64,000 bases of DNA from Octopus vulgaris. Lineage: Eukaryota. Of the stretch, positions 1 to 13,428 are shown piece after piece (the stretch's first letter is position 1; the number at the start of each line of letters is the position of its first letter). The stretch lies in contig OX597835.1 of the NCBI GenBank assembly GCA_951406725.2, positions 41,168,001-41,232,000 of the forward strand, in the 5' to 3' direction. The notes beneath the pieces are model-generated. The model was not told the origin of the DNA and searched no databases. It was given only the letters and a program-made list of their open reading frames with translations. The position numbers were made by a program, and so were the translations under genes.

Positions 1-10
1 ACACAGAGAC

Positions 11-60
<50 letters not shown>

Positions 61-385
61 CCATCGTTCAGTCTAACAAGTTCACTCACAAGGCTTTGGT
101 TGGCCTGCAGTTTTAGTAAGATACTTGTCGAAGGTGTCACATAGAAGGATTGAACCTGGCACCATGTGCTTGGGAGACAAACCTCTTACTGAACATTATT
201 TTTATAAATCCCCATTGTTGTTTTAACACTCACCTTTCTGCTTGCATGGGTCTGACAGAATTCATTGATACAGATTTTCTACAACCAGCTGGCCTTCCCG
301 TCCCCAACCCTCACCTGTTTCCAGGCAAATTAATATTTCCCCATGACCAGACATGTTTTCACAGAAGATGGAAACAAAGAATATC

Positions 386-616
386 TATTTCTTTACTACC
401 CACAAGGGGCTAAACACAGAGATGACAAACAAGGACAGACAAACGGATTAAGTCGATTACATCGACCCCAGTGCGTAACTGGTACTTATTTAATCGACCC
501 TGAAAGGATGAAAGGCAAAGTCGACCTCGGCGGAATTTGAACTCGGAACGTAACGGCAGACGAAATATGGCTACGCATTTCGCCCGGTGTGCTAACGTTT
601 CTGCCAGCTCCCCGCC
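386..616 (-). mobile_element. tRNA-derived SINE family B, full-length copy
   Basis: Minus strand GGCGGGGAGCTGGCAGAAACGTTAG (A-box-like), GAGTTCAAATTCC (B box), central GTCGACTTTGCCTTTCATCCTTTCAGGGTCG; more than 10 copies in the window. Confidence 0.85.
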
Positions 617-1067
617 TTTTTTATAAATCAGAATATCCCTTGTAAAGTGATAATGTTTGTTTAAAACTATCACACAATGACAAGACAAGATGCCACAAAC
701 ACACACACGCACTCACACACAAACATACGCACAGACACACACACACACACACACACACACTTCCACACACTCATACACACATATATGTATACATACATAC
801 ACATTTATGATGGGCTTCTTTCAGTTTCCACCAACTAAATCCATCCATTGATTAGCTTGGGGCCATAGTAGAAGGCCCTTGTCCAAGATGTTACGTAGTG
901 GGACTGGACCTTAATTCTTTAACTGTGAAATTAAATTTCCTTGTTATTCCAGTAATGGAGTTAAAAATCTACCAAAAAATAGTATTGGTATTTTCTGGAA
1001 ATCATGTCACCTTAACAAAATTGATATATCTCGATAAAAAAAAACATGACATTTCTCAACAACATAG

Positions 1068-1453
1068 CCGCAGGAGTGGCTGTGTGGTAAGTAGCTTGCT
1101 TATGAACCACATGGTTCTAGGTTCAGTCCCACTGCATGGCACCTTGGGTAAGTGACTTCTACTATAGCCTCAGGCCGACCAAAGCTTTGTGAGAGGATTT
1201 GGTAGACTGAAACTGAAAGAAGCCTGTCGTATATATGTATATATATATATATCACGTGATCATGTGACCGACCAGACAATCAGATGTTGTTACACATCGC
1301 TGGTCACAATGCGCTTCGCATTGTTTTAGCCTTCAAATGACGCCACCCCACTGGCTAAGCGAGCAGGCCAACAGAAGAAAGAGTGAGAGAAAGTTGTGGT
1401 CAAAGAGTACAGCAGGGATCGCCACCCCCACTGCCGGAGCCTCTTGGAGCTTT

Positions 1454-1502
<49 letters not shown>

Positions 1503-1701
1503 CTGTGCTTGTCCCCCCAACATCGCTTGATAACCGATGCTGGTGTGTTTATGTCCCCATAACTTAGTGGTTTGACAAAAGAGACCGATAGGATAAGTAC
1601 TAGGCTTACAAAAAATAAGTCCTGGGGTCGATTTGCTCGACTAAAAGGCGGTGCTCCAGCATGGCCACAGTCAAATGACTGAAACAAGTTAAAGAGTAAA
1701 A
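1068..1701 (+). mobile_element. tRNA-derived SINE family A (head + internal (TA)n(TG)n + tail), interrupted by a SINE C fragment
   Basis: Head GTGGCTGTGTGGTAAG...GGTTCAGTCCC...CCTTGGGTAAGT; tail CTCCAGCATGGCCACAGTCAAATGACTGAAACAAGT; same structure repeated throughout the window. Confidence 0.85.
1251..1456 (-). mobile_element. 5'-truncated SINE family C (RTE-type tail) inserted in the (TA)n of SINE A
   Basis: Reverse complement matches 6839-7048; (TA)n on both sides. Confidence 0.8.
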
Positions 1702-2135
1702 GACAGACTGATATAGAAAACTGCTTTCTGCAGTTAAGGGCAATGAAATTTTGCAAGGATTTATCTTGATTTCTGCAGTAAACGGATTAAATTGCATGGC
1801 TTTGAAGTGGATTTCTTAATCAGTTGGCAATCCCTGCAATTATACGAGAAAGTCACAAAAGAAAAGAACTGTTGTCTTGGGTCAATCAAAGAATTCCATC
1901 ATGAATCTGAGACTTCTGTGACTGTAAAAAACATTCCCAAACTGGGCAGAGAATCAGTTAAAACTAATTCTCCGCAGCTTCCAGAAAATATTGTGAGTCA
2001 TGAATTTTATCAAGAAAAGAATGGTTCTAATCTTATTTTCTTTGGGATTTCAGCCACCCATTGCCAACAAAGAAATTGCTCAATTGGCCTTTTTCCTTTT
2101 TTTTCTTTATATTTTTCATTTACATTTCTACAACC

Positions 2136-2137
2136 TA

Positions 2138-2168
<31 letters not shown>

Positions 2169-2203
2169 TATTATTATTATTATTATTATTACTATTATTA
2201 CTA

Positions 2204-2267
<64 letters not shown>

Positions 2268-2325
2268 TATTATTATTATTATTATTATTATAATTATCAT
2301 CATTGTTGTTGTTGTTGTTGTTATT
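2136..2325. repeat. (ATT)n/(GTT)n microsatellite
   Basis: Direct inspection. Confidence 0.95.
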
Positions 2326-2419
2326 TCCTTCTTTGAATCATTCCATTCAATGTAAATCTCCAACATTTATGTCTTTGTATTGTTCCTCCTCATTCTTTAC
2401 CCTTGTGGCGAATAAAAGA

Positions 2420-2852
2420 AATCATCATCACTATTACCATCACCATTAATATCATCGTCATCTACGTCATGATCATGATCATCATCACAATCATCATCAT
2501 CACCATCATCATTGTCGAAATTATCATCATCATTGTCATCATTGTCATCATCATCCTTACCATCATCATTGTCGTCATCCTCGTCATCATTGTCGTTGTT
2601 GTTGCCGTCATCATCATCACCATCATCATCATCATCACCATCATATATGATCACCATCATTGTCATCATCATTTTCACCACCATCATCATCATCATCATT
2701 GCTATCATCATTGTCATCATCATCATCATCGTTGTTGTCATCATCATCATTGTTGTTGTTGTTGTCATCATCATCATCATCGTCATCATCATCATTATCC
2801 TCACCATCATCGTCATTCTCGTCATCATCATCATCGTCATCATCATCACCAC
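2420..2852. repeat. Degenerate (CAT)n low-complexity tract
   Basis: Direct inspection; shares a 36-bp landmark in inverted orientation with 20650-21260. Confidence 0.9.
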
Positions 2853-3039
2853 CCTTCTGCTCCCACCCTTCTCACCCTTCCCAAGTTCCCTTTTCCCTTT
2901 TCCCCTTTTCCCTGCTGATATTAACTGCAGATGCTGCAACTGGTTTGATAAGCAAAAAACTTTTTATTCAAGATAAGAAATACGTTTTTTTTATATTTTT
3001 CAAATTAAGCAGAAAGAGACTTGGTTTTTATGTACAAGC

Positions 3040-3060
3040 ATGTATATATACGTGTTTAAC

Positions 3061-3114
<54 letters not shown>

Positions 3115-3235
3115 ACACATGTGCAAATACAAATAGTAATGTGTGTCCTGTGCATGTTTGTGAGACTATATAACTGCGATGTATGTGCGTATGTATGTTT
3201 TGTATATGCGTGTGTATATGTAGACATGTGTGTAT

Positions 3236-3288
<53 letters not shown>

Positions 3289-4219
3289 CACACATACGCA
3301 CACATATTTAGGGTGAATTCACAAAAAAACAAAGGGGAGGTAAACAAACACACATATACATATATATATACACATATATATACATCTATATACATATATA
3401 GATATATATATATATATGTTTGTGTGTGTGTATATATATATATGTGTATATATGTATATATATATATATACACATACATGCATAACATATATATAACCCT
3501 ATGTGTATGCGGGTGTGTATAAAAATGTGATTTGTTTGTTGTATGTATATATGTATGTATGTACATATGTATGTATGTATGCATTTATGTATGTATATAT
3601 ATGTATGTATGTATATATGTATGTTTATGTGTGTGTATGTACGTATGTGTGAATTTCACATATATATACGTGCATGCATGTGAGTGTGTATGTGCATATG
3701 TGTTTGTATGCACATATGTGAGCATATGTGTGTGAGTATATATGCAATAATGGGCTTTTCTGTGTATGCATGTCTAAGTTTCTATGTGTGATGCGTGTGA
3801 TATATGGATATATGTGTGTGCTTGTTAAGCATGTGCGTATGTGCACATGTGTATTTGTGTGTGTGTGTATGTGTGTGTGTGTATGTGTGTGTGTGTGGGG
3901 TGTTTGTCTCCCGAAACAGTGCCTCTGTTGTTAAACATCCTCAGTTTTGCTGGACAAAGGAAGTGGTGTGTTGTGCTGTTGGTTGTCTAATGGAGTACAG
4001 CTTTCTTCTTTTGGCTCAAATATCTGGCGAGGAGCATCTCTTGCCTACCACACACACACACAAACATGCACAAATGCTGCACATGTGTACACAAACACAT
4101 ACTCACATACTCATATGAACACATGTGCACACACATAAGCACACACACATATACACTCAGACACAGAATATGCGGTTACACCTACACAGACACATACATA
4201 CACATATGCAGACACACAT

Positions 4220-4262
<43 letters not shown>

Positions 4263-5040
4263 TGCATAAATGCTGCACACGGATACACAAACATAGAGTC
4301 ACATACATGTATGAACACATGTGCACACACATAGGCACACACACATATACACTCAGACACAGATATGCAGATACACCTACACAGACACATACATACACAT
4401 ATGCAGACACACACATAAACACATACACACTCTCTCTCACACACACACACACAAACATGCACAAATGCTGCACACGTATACACTGACACACATACTCACA
4501 TACACACATGAACACATGTGCACACACATAAGCACACATACATGCACACACATAAGCATACACACATATACACTCAGACACAGATATGCGGTTACACCTA
4601 CACAGACACATACATACACATATGCAGACACACACATAAACACACACACACAAACACACACACTTACAAACACACACAAACTTATACATGCACTCATACA
4701 CACACACACACACACACACAAACATCCATATGTACACACATATACACACACACAAAGACAAGCACACAAACATATACACACATATACACACACATATACA
4801 CACACAGACATGCACACAAACATGCACACACACACAGATACACCCACATATACACACACAGACACACACACATGCACATCCACTTTTGCAGACACATACA
4901 TACACTAACACAAACACACATACTTGCACACATGTATACACACACTTCAACACACACACATGCACGCACATACACACAAACACATGCACACGCACACACA
5001 CACACATATACACACACGCATACACATACAAACATCCACA
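3040..5040. repeat. Compound (TG)n/(TA)n/(CA)n microsatellite field with higher-order internal duplications (4050-4650)
   Basis: Direct inspection; repeated AAACATGCACAAATGCTGCACA and ATATACACTCAGACACAGA landmarks. Confidence 0.9.
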
Positions 5041-5556
5041 TGGAAGCTATTAGACATCATCTCCTGATAATGTAATCAACTTCCCCCCACCCCATCCCTC
5101 TTTCCTTAGTCTATGACTTAATCACTGCAAGAGGCAGCTTTGTGCGGTTACTCGACCAGCTAGAAATAGCAGTCAAGTTTCCCTCAACACACACCAATCA
5201 TATTAATTTAAAAGAAAAAAAAAAGGGCACATTGGGTTAATGTTGTCCAAGGTTCACTATTCCAGAAGAAAATATGGAAGGAACATGGTGATGGCAACTA
5301 GAATAGTAATTGATTATAGAACCGTCTTTAGTTCTGTCAGAGATGAACTGGGGGTTCTATCTTTTACTTGGGGCCCCAGAATCTTAGGATTGTGGCCATG
5401 CTGGAGTACCACACCCTTAAGGAGTTTAGTCAAACAAATTGACACCAGTACTTATTTTTTAGCCTGGGACTAATTATATTGCTCTCTTTTTACTGAACTG
5501 CTAAGTTATAGGGAGGTAAACAAACCAACACTGGTTGTAGGGAACAAACATAGACA

Positions 5557-5587
<31 letters not shown>

Positions 5588-5664
5588 ATATATATAAATG
5601 TATATTTGAAGGGCAAAATGTTTATACACATACATAAAAACACACAAACAAACATATATATAGT

Positions 5665-6030
5665 TGCCGATGTGGCTGTGTGGTAAGAGGCTTGCTTACC
5701 AGCCACATGGTTCAAGGTTCAGTCCCACTGCATGGCACCTTGGACAAGTGTCTTCTACTATAGCCTTGGGCTGACAAAAGCCTTGTGAGTGGATTTGGTA
5801 GATGGAAACTGAAAGAAGCTCATCGTATATATGTATATATGTGTCTGTGTGTGTATGTTTGTGTGTCTGTGTTTGTCCCTCCAGCATTGCTTGACAACCG
5901 ATGCTAGTGTGTTTATGTCCTCGTCACTTAGCAAGAGAGACCAAAAGAATAAGTACTGGGGTCGATTTGTTCGACTAAAGGCGGTGCTCCAGTATGGCCA
6001 CAGTGAAATGACTGAAACCAGTAAAAGAAT
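5665..6030 (+). mobile_element. SINE family A, near full length (inverted SINE A fragments flank it at 5388-5560 and 6040-6345)
   Basis: Head, internal microsatellite and tail motifs as in 1068-1701. Confidence 0.8.
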
Positions 6031-6355
6031 ATATATATAGTAGAAGACACTTGCCCAAGGTGCCACGCAGTGGGACTGAACTCAGAACCATGTGGCTGGT
6101 AAGCAAGCTACTTACCACACGGCCGTGTCTCTTTGTTTAGGTATTCTTTTATTCTTTTACTTGTTTCAGTCATGTGACTGCAGCCATGCTGGAGCACTGC
6201 CTTAAAGGGTTTTAGTTGAAGAAATTGATCTCGGGCCTTATTCTTTGTAAGCCTAGTACCTATTCTATTGGTCTCTATTGCTGAACTGTTAAGTTACAGG
6301 GACATAAACACACCAGCATTGGTTGTCATGTAATGGTGGGGACACACACACATAA

Positions 6356-6401
<46 letters not shown>

Positions 6402-6734
6402 GATATGTGTGTGTGTTTCAAAAATATCCCTTTATATTTTTATAACTACATTTTAATATGAATTGTATAAAAAAAATCGTTAAAATATTTCTTGTATTCT
6501 AGAAGTATAACTGATTTATTGGATATAAATTTTAACAGCAAAATCTTACATCTTCCCCTCACTCAAGGGTCATATTGACCCAGGTAAGAGCCACAGATTT
6601 AATCCATACAAGAATGGAAGATGGATAATGATGATGATGATAGATAATGTATATGTGTATCTGTCTGTCTACCCTCATATCTTCTCTCTCTCTCCCTCTC
6701 TCCATATATATATATGTGTGTGTGTGTGTGAGTG

Positions 6735-7048
6735 TGGAGGGGCAATGGCTCAGTGCTTAGGGCAGCAGACTCGCGGTTGTAGGATTGTGGTTTCGCTTCC
6801 CAGACCGGGCGCTGTGAGTGCTTATTGAGCGAAAACACCTAAAAGTTCCACGAGGCTCTGGCAGGGGGTGGTGGCGATCCCTGCTGTACTCTTTCGCCAT
6901 AACTTTCTCTCACTCTTTCTTCTGTTGGCCTGCTCACTTAGCCAGTGGGGTGGCGTCATATGAAGGCTAAAACAATGCGAAGCGCATTGTGACCAGCGAT
7001 GTGTAGCAACATCTGATAGCCTGGTTGGTCACGGTAATCACTGTGATA
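6735..7048 (+). mobile_element. tRNA-derived SINE family C, tail type 1 (RTE-like)
   Basis: TGGCTCAGTGC A box, GGTTTCGCTTCC B-box-like; head shared with 15290 and 16625; tail similar to the RTE 3' end at 45476-45542. Confidence 0.8.
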
Positions 7049-7056
7049 TATATATA

Positions 7057-7459
7057 CTCTTTACTCTCTTTTACTTGTTTCAGTCATTTGACTGTGGCCA
7101 TGCTGGAGCACCGCCTTTAATCGAGCAACTCGACCCCGGGACTTATTCTTTTGTAAGCCCAGTACTTATTCTATCGGTCTCTTTTGCCGAACCGCTAAGT
7201 AACAGGGACATAAACACGCCAGCATCGGTTGTCAAGCAATGCTAGGGGGACAAACACAGACACAAACACACACACGCATACATATATATACATATATACA
7301 ACAGGCTTCTTTCAGTTTCCGTCTACCAAATCCACTCACAAGGCTTTGGTCGGCCCAAGGCTATAGTAGAAGACACTTGCCCAAGGTGCCACACAGTGGG
7401 ACTGAACCCGGAACCATGTGGTTGGTAAACAAGCTACTTACCACACAGCCACTCCTGCG

Positions 7460-7461
<2 letters not shown>
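7057..7461 (-). mobile_element. SINE family A, full length
   Basis: Complete head, internal microsatellite and tail on the minus strand. Confidence 0.88.
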
Positions 7462-7538
<77 letters not shown>

Positions 7539-7543
<5 letters not shown>

Positions 7544-8205
7544 AGTATTAAGGAATGACCCTGACAGGCCGTTCAACTCACTTGAAAGAGCAGCTAAACT
7601 CAAACCGCAAAATAGTAGTAATTCTGAAACTAAAGGAGAAATAAAAACATTTATCCCCTTCAACTTTGTACCATGCATAGTTTCAACATTTTTACGTATT
7701 CGAATTTAATTAAATTAAATTAAATCCGTTTACGATTGTCTTGTCTCATCAGCAAAGTAGCCAAAGAAAAGGAAAATATATACACACGAGGCAGCACCAT
7801 CGAAGCCTCGAGTTTATATATCCTAAATTTTCGAAATCCACCGTAACCGCGCCATCTACTCAGCAGCAAATATAAACTGCTGATACAATTTCAGAATTAG
7901 TCAAAAAATCATTAATTAATCAATATAAGGGTAGCAAAAAATTCAAGAAAAATTCAAGAAAAATTTTCTGCAACCAGCGGTCAAGTGAGAAAGTAGAAAT
8001 AGTCACAGACTATATAATATATTCAACAATAGTATTAAGGAATGACCCTGACAGGCCGTTCATGCATATACAGCGGCGTGCATGTGCACATACACGCGAG
8101 TACTGTCCAAATCTCCGACCAATCACATACAGCTAGCTGGCATTCAATTGGTGTATCAAGTTTTGGGCATTTTGATTGGGTTTTGGATAGAAAATTCACA
8201 AATAG
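7539..8205 (-). mobile_element. Putative Penelope/retrozyme-like insertion in (TA)n with a 37-bp direct repeat
   Basis: ACAATAGTATTAAGGAATGACCCTGACAGGCCGTTCA at 7539-7575 and 8026-8062; CTGATGA on the minus strand at 7746-7752; (TA)n on both flanks. Confidence 0.45.
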
Positions 8206-9214
8206 TATATATATATATATATGTATGTGTGTGTATATGTTTGTGTGTCTATGTTTGTCCCCCCAACATCGCTAGACAACCGATGTTGGTGTGTTTATGT
8301 CCCCGTCGCTTAGCGGTTCGGCATAACAGGCCGATAGAATAAGTACTGGGCTTACAAAGAATAAGTTCCGGGGTCGAGTTGCTTGACTAAAGGCGGTGCT
8401 CCAGCATGGCCAAAGTCAAATGACTGAAACAAGTAAAAAAGTAAAAGAGTAAAAAAGTCACTTCTATTGATTTTTTAATGGCTTTGCTGGGTGACTGGGG
8501 AAATGTAAAGATGTGCACGACCACCCTTGGACAGTTTTGAATGATCATAGAAAGTGCGAGTTCTCTAACTGAAAAATTGTGGATTTGTATAAAGGACACA
8601 CACTCAGACATTTTGCCGTTTATATATATAGAGATTAAGACAAAAGTAAGTTTGTTTAATTAGTCTTCATTAAGTTTTATAACGAGACATGGTAAATGTA
8701 GTTAATATTGAGTATTAATAGCCACTCATTTCCTCCATCAAGGTAATTTAAAGCTGATAAATGTTCTCTGCTGTTCTGCTGGGGTGGCTATGGTTGGGTT
8801 TTTTTTTTTTATTTTACAAGATGTTGTTACAACAGTTACTATTTTTAGGACGAACCACACCCACACTTCCATCTACACAGCTTGCCACACCTTTCCTGCT
8901 CCCACCCCCCGCCCTTACTGGATCCTGTGTGCAACAAACCCCAAGAAAAAATATCCTTAAAGGAGTAGTGGGTGGTGAAGGAGAAGCAGATGGTGATAGG
9001 TGGTGATAGTGGTGGTGGTGGTGGTGGTGGTGGCGGCGGCGGTGGCAGCGGCGACAGGGTGGTGGTGGTGAGGGATAAAGTTGCAGGCAGAGGGGTAGTA
9101 GTGTTAGCTGGCATGGGATTTATCCCACCCTAGTTAAATCTCTCTCTCTCTCTCCCTCTCTCTTTCCCTGTGTGTGTGTGTATATATATATATACATATA
9201 AATAAATGAATATA

Positions 9215-9246
<32 letters not shown>

Positions 9247-9482
9247 ACTTTTATCTTTTACTTGTTTCAGTCATTTTTTTTTTACTGTGGTCATGCTGGG
9301 GCACTACTTTGAAGAGTTTGGGTTTTAGTCAAACAAATCGTCTCCAAGACTTTCTTTTTTAAAACTTAGTACTTATTCTATCAGTCTCTTCAGTTACAGG
9401 GACATAAACACACTAACACTGGTTGTCAAGCAGTGGTGGGAGACAAACACAAACACAAAGACACACACGCGCATATATATAT

Positions 9483-9522
<40 letters not shown>

Positions 9523-9708
9523 GGCTCCTTTCAGTTTCTGTCTACCAAATCTACTCATAAGGCTTTGAAATTCCACCAAGGTTGACTTTGCCTATCATCC
9601 TTTCAGGGTCAATAAATTAAGTACCAGTGAAACATTGGGGTCAATATAATCGACTATCTCCTCCCTCAAAATTTCAGGCCTTGTGCTTTTAGTAGAAAGG
9701 ATTATTAG

Positions 9709-10962
9709 CTTATAATAATTCTGTTTGTCACTACGTTACTTAGCCCGTCAGTAACGCCTTCACATGATCAGAGAAAAAGAGGGAGAAAGACAAGTGAGAG
9801 AGAGAGAGAGAAGCATCCATGATGTAAGGGAATGTAATTGTAATGCTTTGAAGTGATTAGTTGAAGGGAAAGAGAGAACAAGAGAAAGGAAGAGGAGAGT
9901 GAAGAAGAGGATATGTCAAAGAGGGAGAGAGAAAAGACAAAGAGAGAAAAAGAGAGTTCATGACTTGTGGGAGGGGGAATGTAATAGATTTATTATGTGG
10001 TGAAAAGAGTTAGTTGAAGGTAAGTGATATAGAGAGAGAGGATGGAAAGAGAGGGGAGGGAGAGAGAGGGGTAGAAGGAGATGGTGGTGGTGGTGGTGAT
10101 GGTGAAGGATAGTGAAAAGTGTATGTTTTTAATTGAACTAAGTTTGTTTTTTTATATCACCTATCACTTAACACATGTGCATAAGTGTAATTCCGTGAAA
10201 TATTTACACTTATTTATGTGGTAGACATGTGCAATTTAACTAAAGAACTTTCTTTTTGTTTATAGGAAAAATAGAAAAATAAAAGCGAATATTTATTTTA
10301 TGAGTATTAAGCCTATAAAATTGTGCATAAAATTTATAAAATGCATTAAATAATCATCGTATTCTAATCTCGAATCTTTTGGTTTGAACAGCAGTTTTTT
10401 CTAGCGGTGTCATATGAAATTGTCACCCATAATTATGACCTTAGTATCAATCTATTGCATTTCAATCTGTTTTAGGGTTAGGATTAGAGTTAGGGATAGG
10501 GGTGGGGGGAAGGGTATCTTTTTTTTTTTTTTCAGAAATGTAAATAAACCCAATCTGTTTCTTAAATTTGTACGGCACAGAATGTTTTCACCTCAATAGA
10601 CATCATTGATTGGTTGAAATTGCAAAAATTGAAGAAAAAAAATCCAACAAATATCTTACAAACTATAGAATTTTCTCAATAAAGCCAAGAGAAAAAGATG
10701 TTTTATAAACACATTCTACCAGTATATGAAGTTTAAAAGTGTTTAGTTACGTGGAAATTATTTTTAAAAACTGCCGGTCAAACCAAAAAGATCCCTAATC
10801 TCTTTCACTTTGCAATGAGTAACACATGAGTGACCCTCTTTCCATACAGACACAACACAAGCTATGCTTGCAGGTTTTTTGGATAAAGTCTTCAGAAATT
10901 TTTTGAGAAACAACCGATTAGGTTTACCATTAATTCCATGAAATATTCACGGGTCCTGCTAG
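9709..10962 (+). mobile_element. Probable non-autonomous Helitron
   Basis: 3' end CCATGAAATATTCACGGG hairpin followed by CTAG|T (10959-10963); the hairpin motif recurs near 10190; 5' boundary uncertain. Confidence 0.45.
10372..10794. mobile_element. MITE with ~28-bp TIRs and 8-bp TSD (CTAATCTC), containing TTAGGG-like repeats
   Basis: GAATCTTTTGGTTTGAACAGCAGTTTTT ... AAAAACTGCCGGTCAAACCAAAAAGATCC; CTAATCTC at 10364-10371 and 10795-10802. Confidence 0.85.
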
Positions 10963-10972
10963 TTTATCACTA

Positions 10973-11185
10973 AGGCAGCAAGCTGGCAGAATTGTTAGCA
11001 TATTGGATGAAATGCTTAGCGGCATTTCACCCATCACTATATTCTGAGTTCAACCAAGGTCAACTTCTCCTTTCATCCTTTCAGGATTGATAAATTAAGT
11101 ACCTGTTGCGTACTGGGGTCGATCTAATCAACTGGTCCCCTCCCACCAAATTTCAGGCCTTGTGCCTATAGTAGAAAGGATTATT
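10973..11185 (+). mobile_element. SINE family B, short-tail variant
   Basis: GCTGGCAGAATTGTTAG head, GAGTTCAA B box, ends TAGAAAGGATTATT. Confidence 0.8.
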
Positions 11186-11200
11186 CTTCTTATTATTATT

Positions 11201-11734
11201 GAGTGAGAGAGCAGTGTATGCCATCAAAGTGATACTGGGGTAAAATATACGAAGCCCAGTATACCCACCATGACTACCCATCTGATAAGGGTACACCAGC
11301 ACATGCATCACAACCAAATGTGCGCGACATGGTGATCTCAGACCAAGATAAACAGCACATGACCTTGCAGGTGGAGCTCAGTTAGAAATTTCTTCAGGTC
11401 GAGTAGCACATCCCACTCAAAAGGTCCCTGAATAAGGATTGTTTAAGGATGTTGAACGAACTACACATGTTTCCAAAGGTGAATTATCCAAACACATGGC
11501 TATGATGCTCCCCCACTACTTCTGCTCATGATCAGAGATGCACATAACGTCAGCCACTGAGGGACATGTTCAACTGGTTAAGGTCAAACAACTGACAAGC
11601 AAATCTGTGGTATTGAGCAGAATATTTGCTGTAGCCCGTCTTTTATACCAAGGCAAAACAATGTACATGATAACACTTCCAATCAGTTAAGATCAGAAAC
11701 CATGAGGGCCACTGCCTGGGACTGCATCAGGGCA
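11201..11734 (-). mobile_element. Family D ~540-bp non-coding interspersed repeat with (TAA)n tail
   Basis: Homologous copies at 53561-54076, 60972-61469 and 61746-62164; lies within TTA/TTC repeats. Confidence 0.85.
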
Positions 11735-11843
11735 ATTTTCTTCTTCTTCTTCTTCTTCTTCTTCTTCTCATTATCATTATGTAATCGACTAGTCTCCTAC
11801 CCCAAATTTCAGGCGCCTTTTGTAGAAAGGACTACTACTACTA

Positions 11844-11919
<76 letters not shown>

Positions 11920-12149
11920 CACCACCACCACAGTCGTCTCATTTTTAGTGCATGTTCCCCCCCCTCCAACACTGCTGAGCATATCTTTGTGTGCCTTGGG
12001 TACATGTGTTTTGTTTTGTTTCCATGTTTTTCTATAGTTTCAACAGTACCCCACATAACACATACGTGTGTATGCATGTGTGTGTGTGTGTGTGTATGTG
12101 TGTGTCTTTGCATGCAGGGTTTAGTCATGTTATTTTGTTGTGTATTATA

Positions 12150-12420
12150 AATGTGTGTAACTCCCATGTTTTGATTATGTATTTCACTGTATCTTTTTCT
12201 TTTTTCCATAATTCCCAAGGCACCTATTATTACAGAGATAATTTCCTGTTTTTCAATCCTTACATTCTTGTTATCTCTGTTTTCATATCTTTGAAAAGAT
12301 TCTTCATCTAGTTGAAAGATTATAGCATTGTCTCTTGGAATTGGTACATCAATTAGAAGACATAGTTTTTCCTGGTGGTCTTTGACTATACTCGTACATG
12401 CAGTGGCAATCACCTGGGGT
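12150..12420 (-). pseudogene. R4/Dong-like non-LTR retrotransposon, restriction-like endonuclease remnant
   Basis: IVKDHQEKLCLLIDVPIPRDN and EIISVIIGALG motifs in the ORF track, typical of the RLE C-terminus. Confidence 0.65.
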
Positions 12421-12879
12421 GTGTCAATCTGGCTCCAAGTTCAGAGTTTCAGTGGGAATACAAGTTCACATGGGGTCCCTGATCCCAGGCATACACACTT
12501 TTGGATAATGCAAAAATGTGGTTCTTAACAGCTTGGCCTGCTGTCAATTGTCAACAGTTTCAGAGGATTTGTTCGGAATAGATGTAGCCTGGGTTTGAAG
12601 TGGGTTCTAGAGACATGCTTTAACAAAGGCTAAGGGGTACCTCACACTCAGTGGTCTTCCAGCATGCTGGACACCAACCCAGAATATCTGAGGGCTTGTG
12701 CTTTGACTATTATATCTGGATGCTTTGCCTTAATGTCCCTGTCTATATGAATTTCTTTTATCAGCAAAAAAAAGACTCAAGCACTGCACCCTGACACATC
12801 ATATATCCACCTAAACATGAACCTCACTCAACCAGATCCTTCAGTTGCTCTAAATGCTGGGTCTCACTATTGCTAAGGA

Positions 12880-13364
12880 CAGGGCCGGATTAAGACCCAT
12901 AGAGGCCTTAAGCACTTAAAAGGTTTTGGTGCCCTCTAGTATATGTAAATAGTTCAAAATGTAAACAATAATAAACCATAAAATAAATTTCTATTTTTCA
13001 AAATGAAACAAAACTAACAACAAATGGCGGTGCCCCAGCATGGCCACAGCTCATAAGCTGAAACTAGAATCAATCAATCAATCAAACAAGATGGAAAATA
13101 ATGTTTATTTTTGTATATTTCCATTTTATTGATATTTGAAAAGTTTTCTCCTTTCACTCTTTCACTCTTTTACTTGTTTCAGTCATTTGACTGCGGCCAT
13201 GCTGGAGCACCGCCTTTGGTCGAGCAAATCGATCCCGGGACTTATTCTTTGTAAGCCCAGTACTTATTCTATCGGTCTCTTTTGCCCCGAACCGCTAAGT
13301 GACGGGGACGTAAACACACCAGCGTCAGTTGTCAAGCAATGCTAGGGGAACAAACACAGACACA

Positions 13365-13428
<64 letters not shown>

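Noticed and set aside
1792-5075. Long ORFs (poly-I, poly-H/T, poly-C/V, poly-M/D)
   Set aside because: Translations of microsatellites that lack stop codons; no domain content
11570-11734. Ribozyme within family D (CTGATGC, CTGACGA motifs)
   Set aside because: Could not build helices I-III or an HDV-like fold by eye
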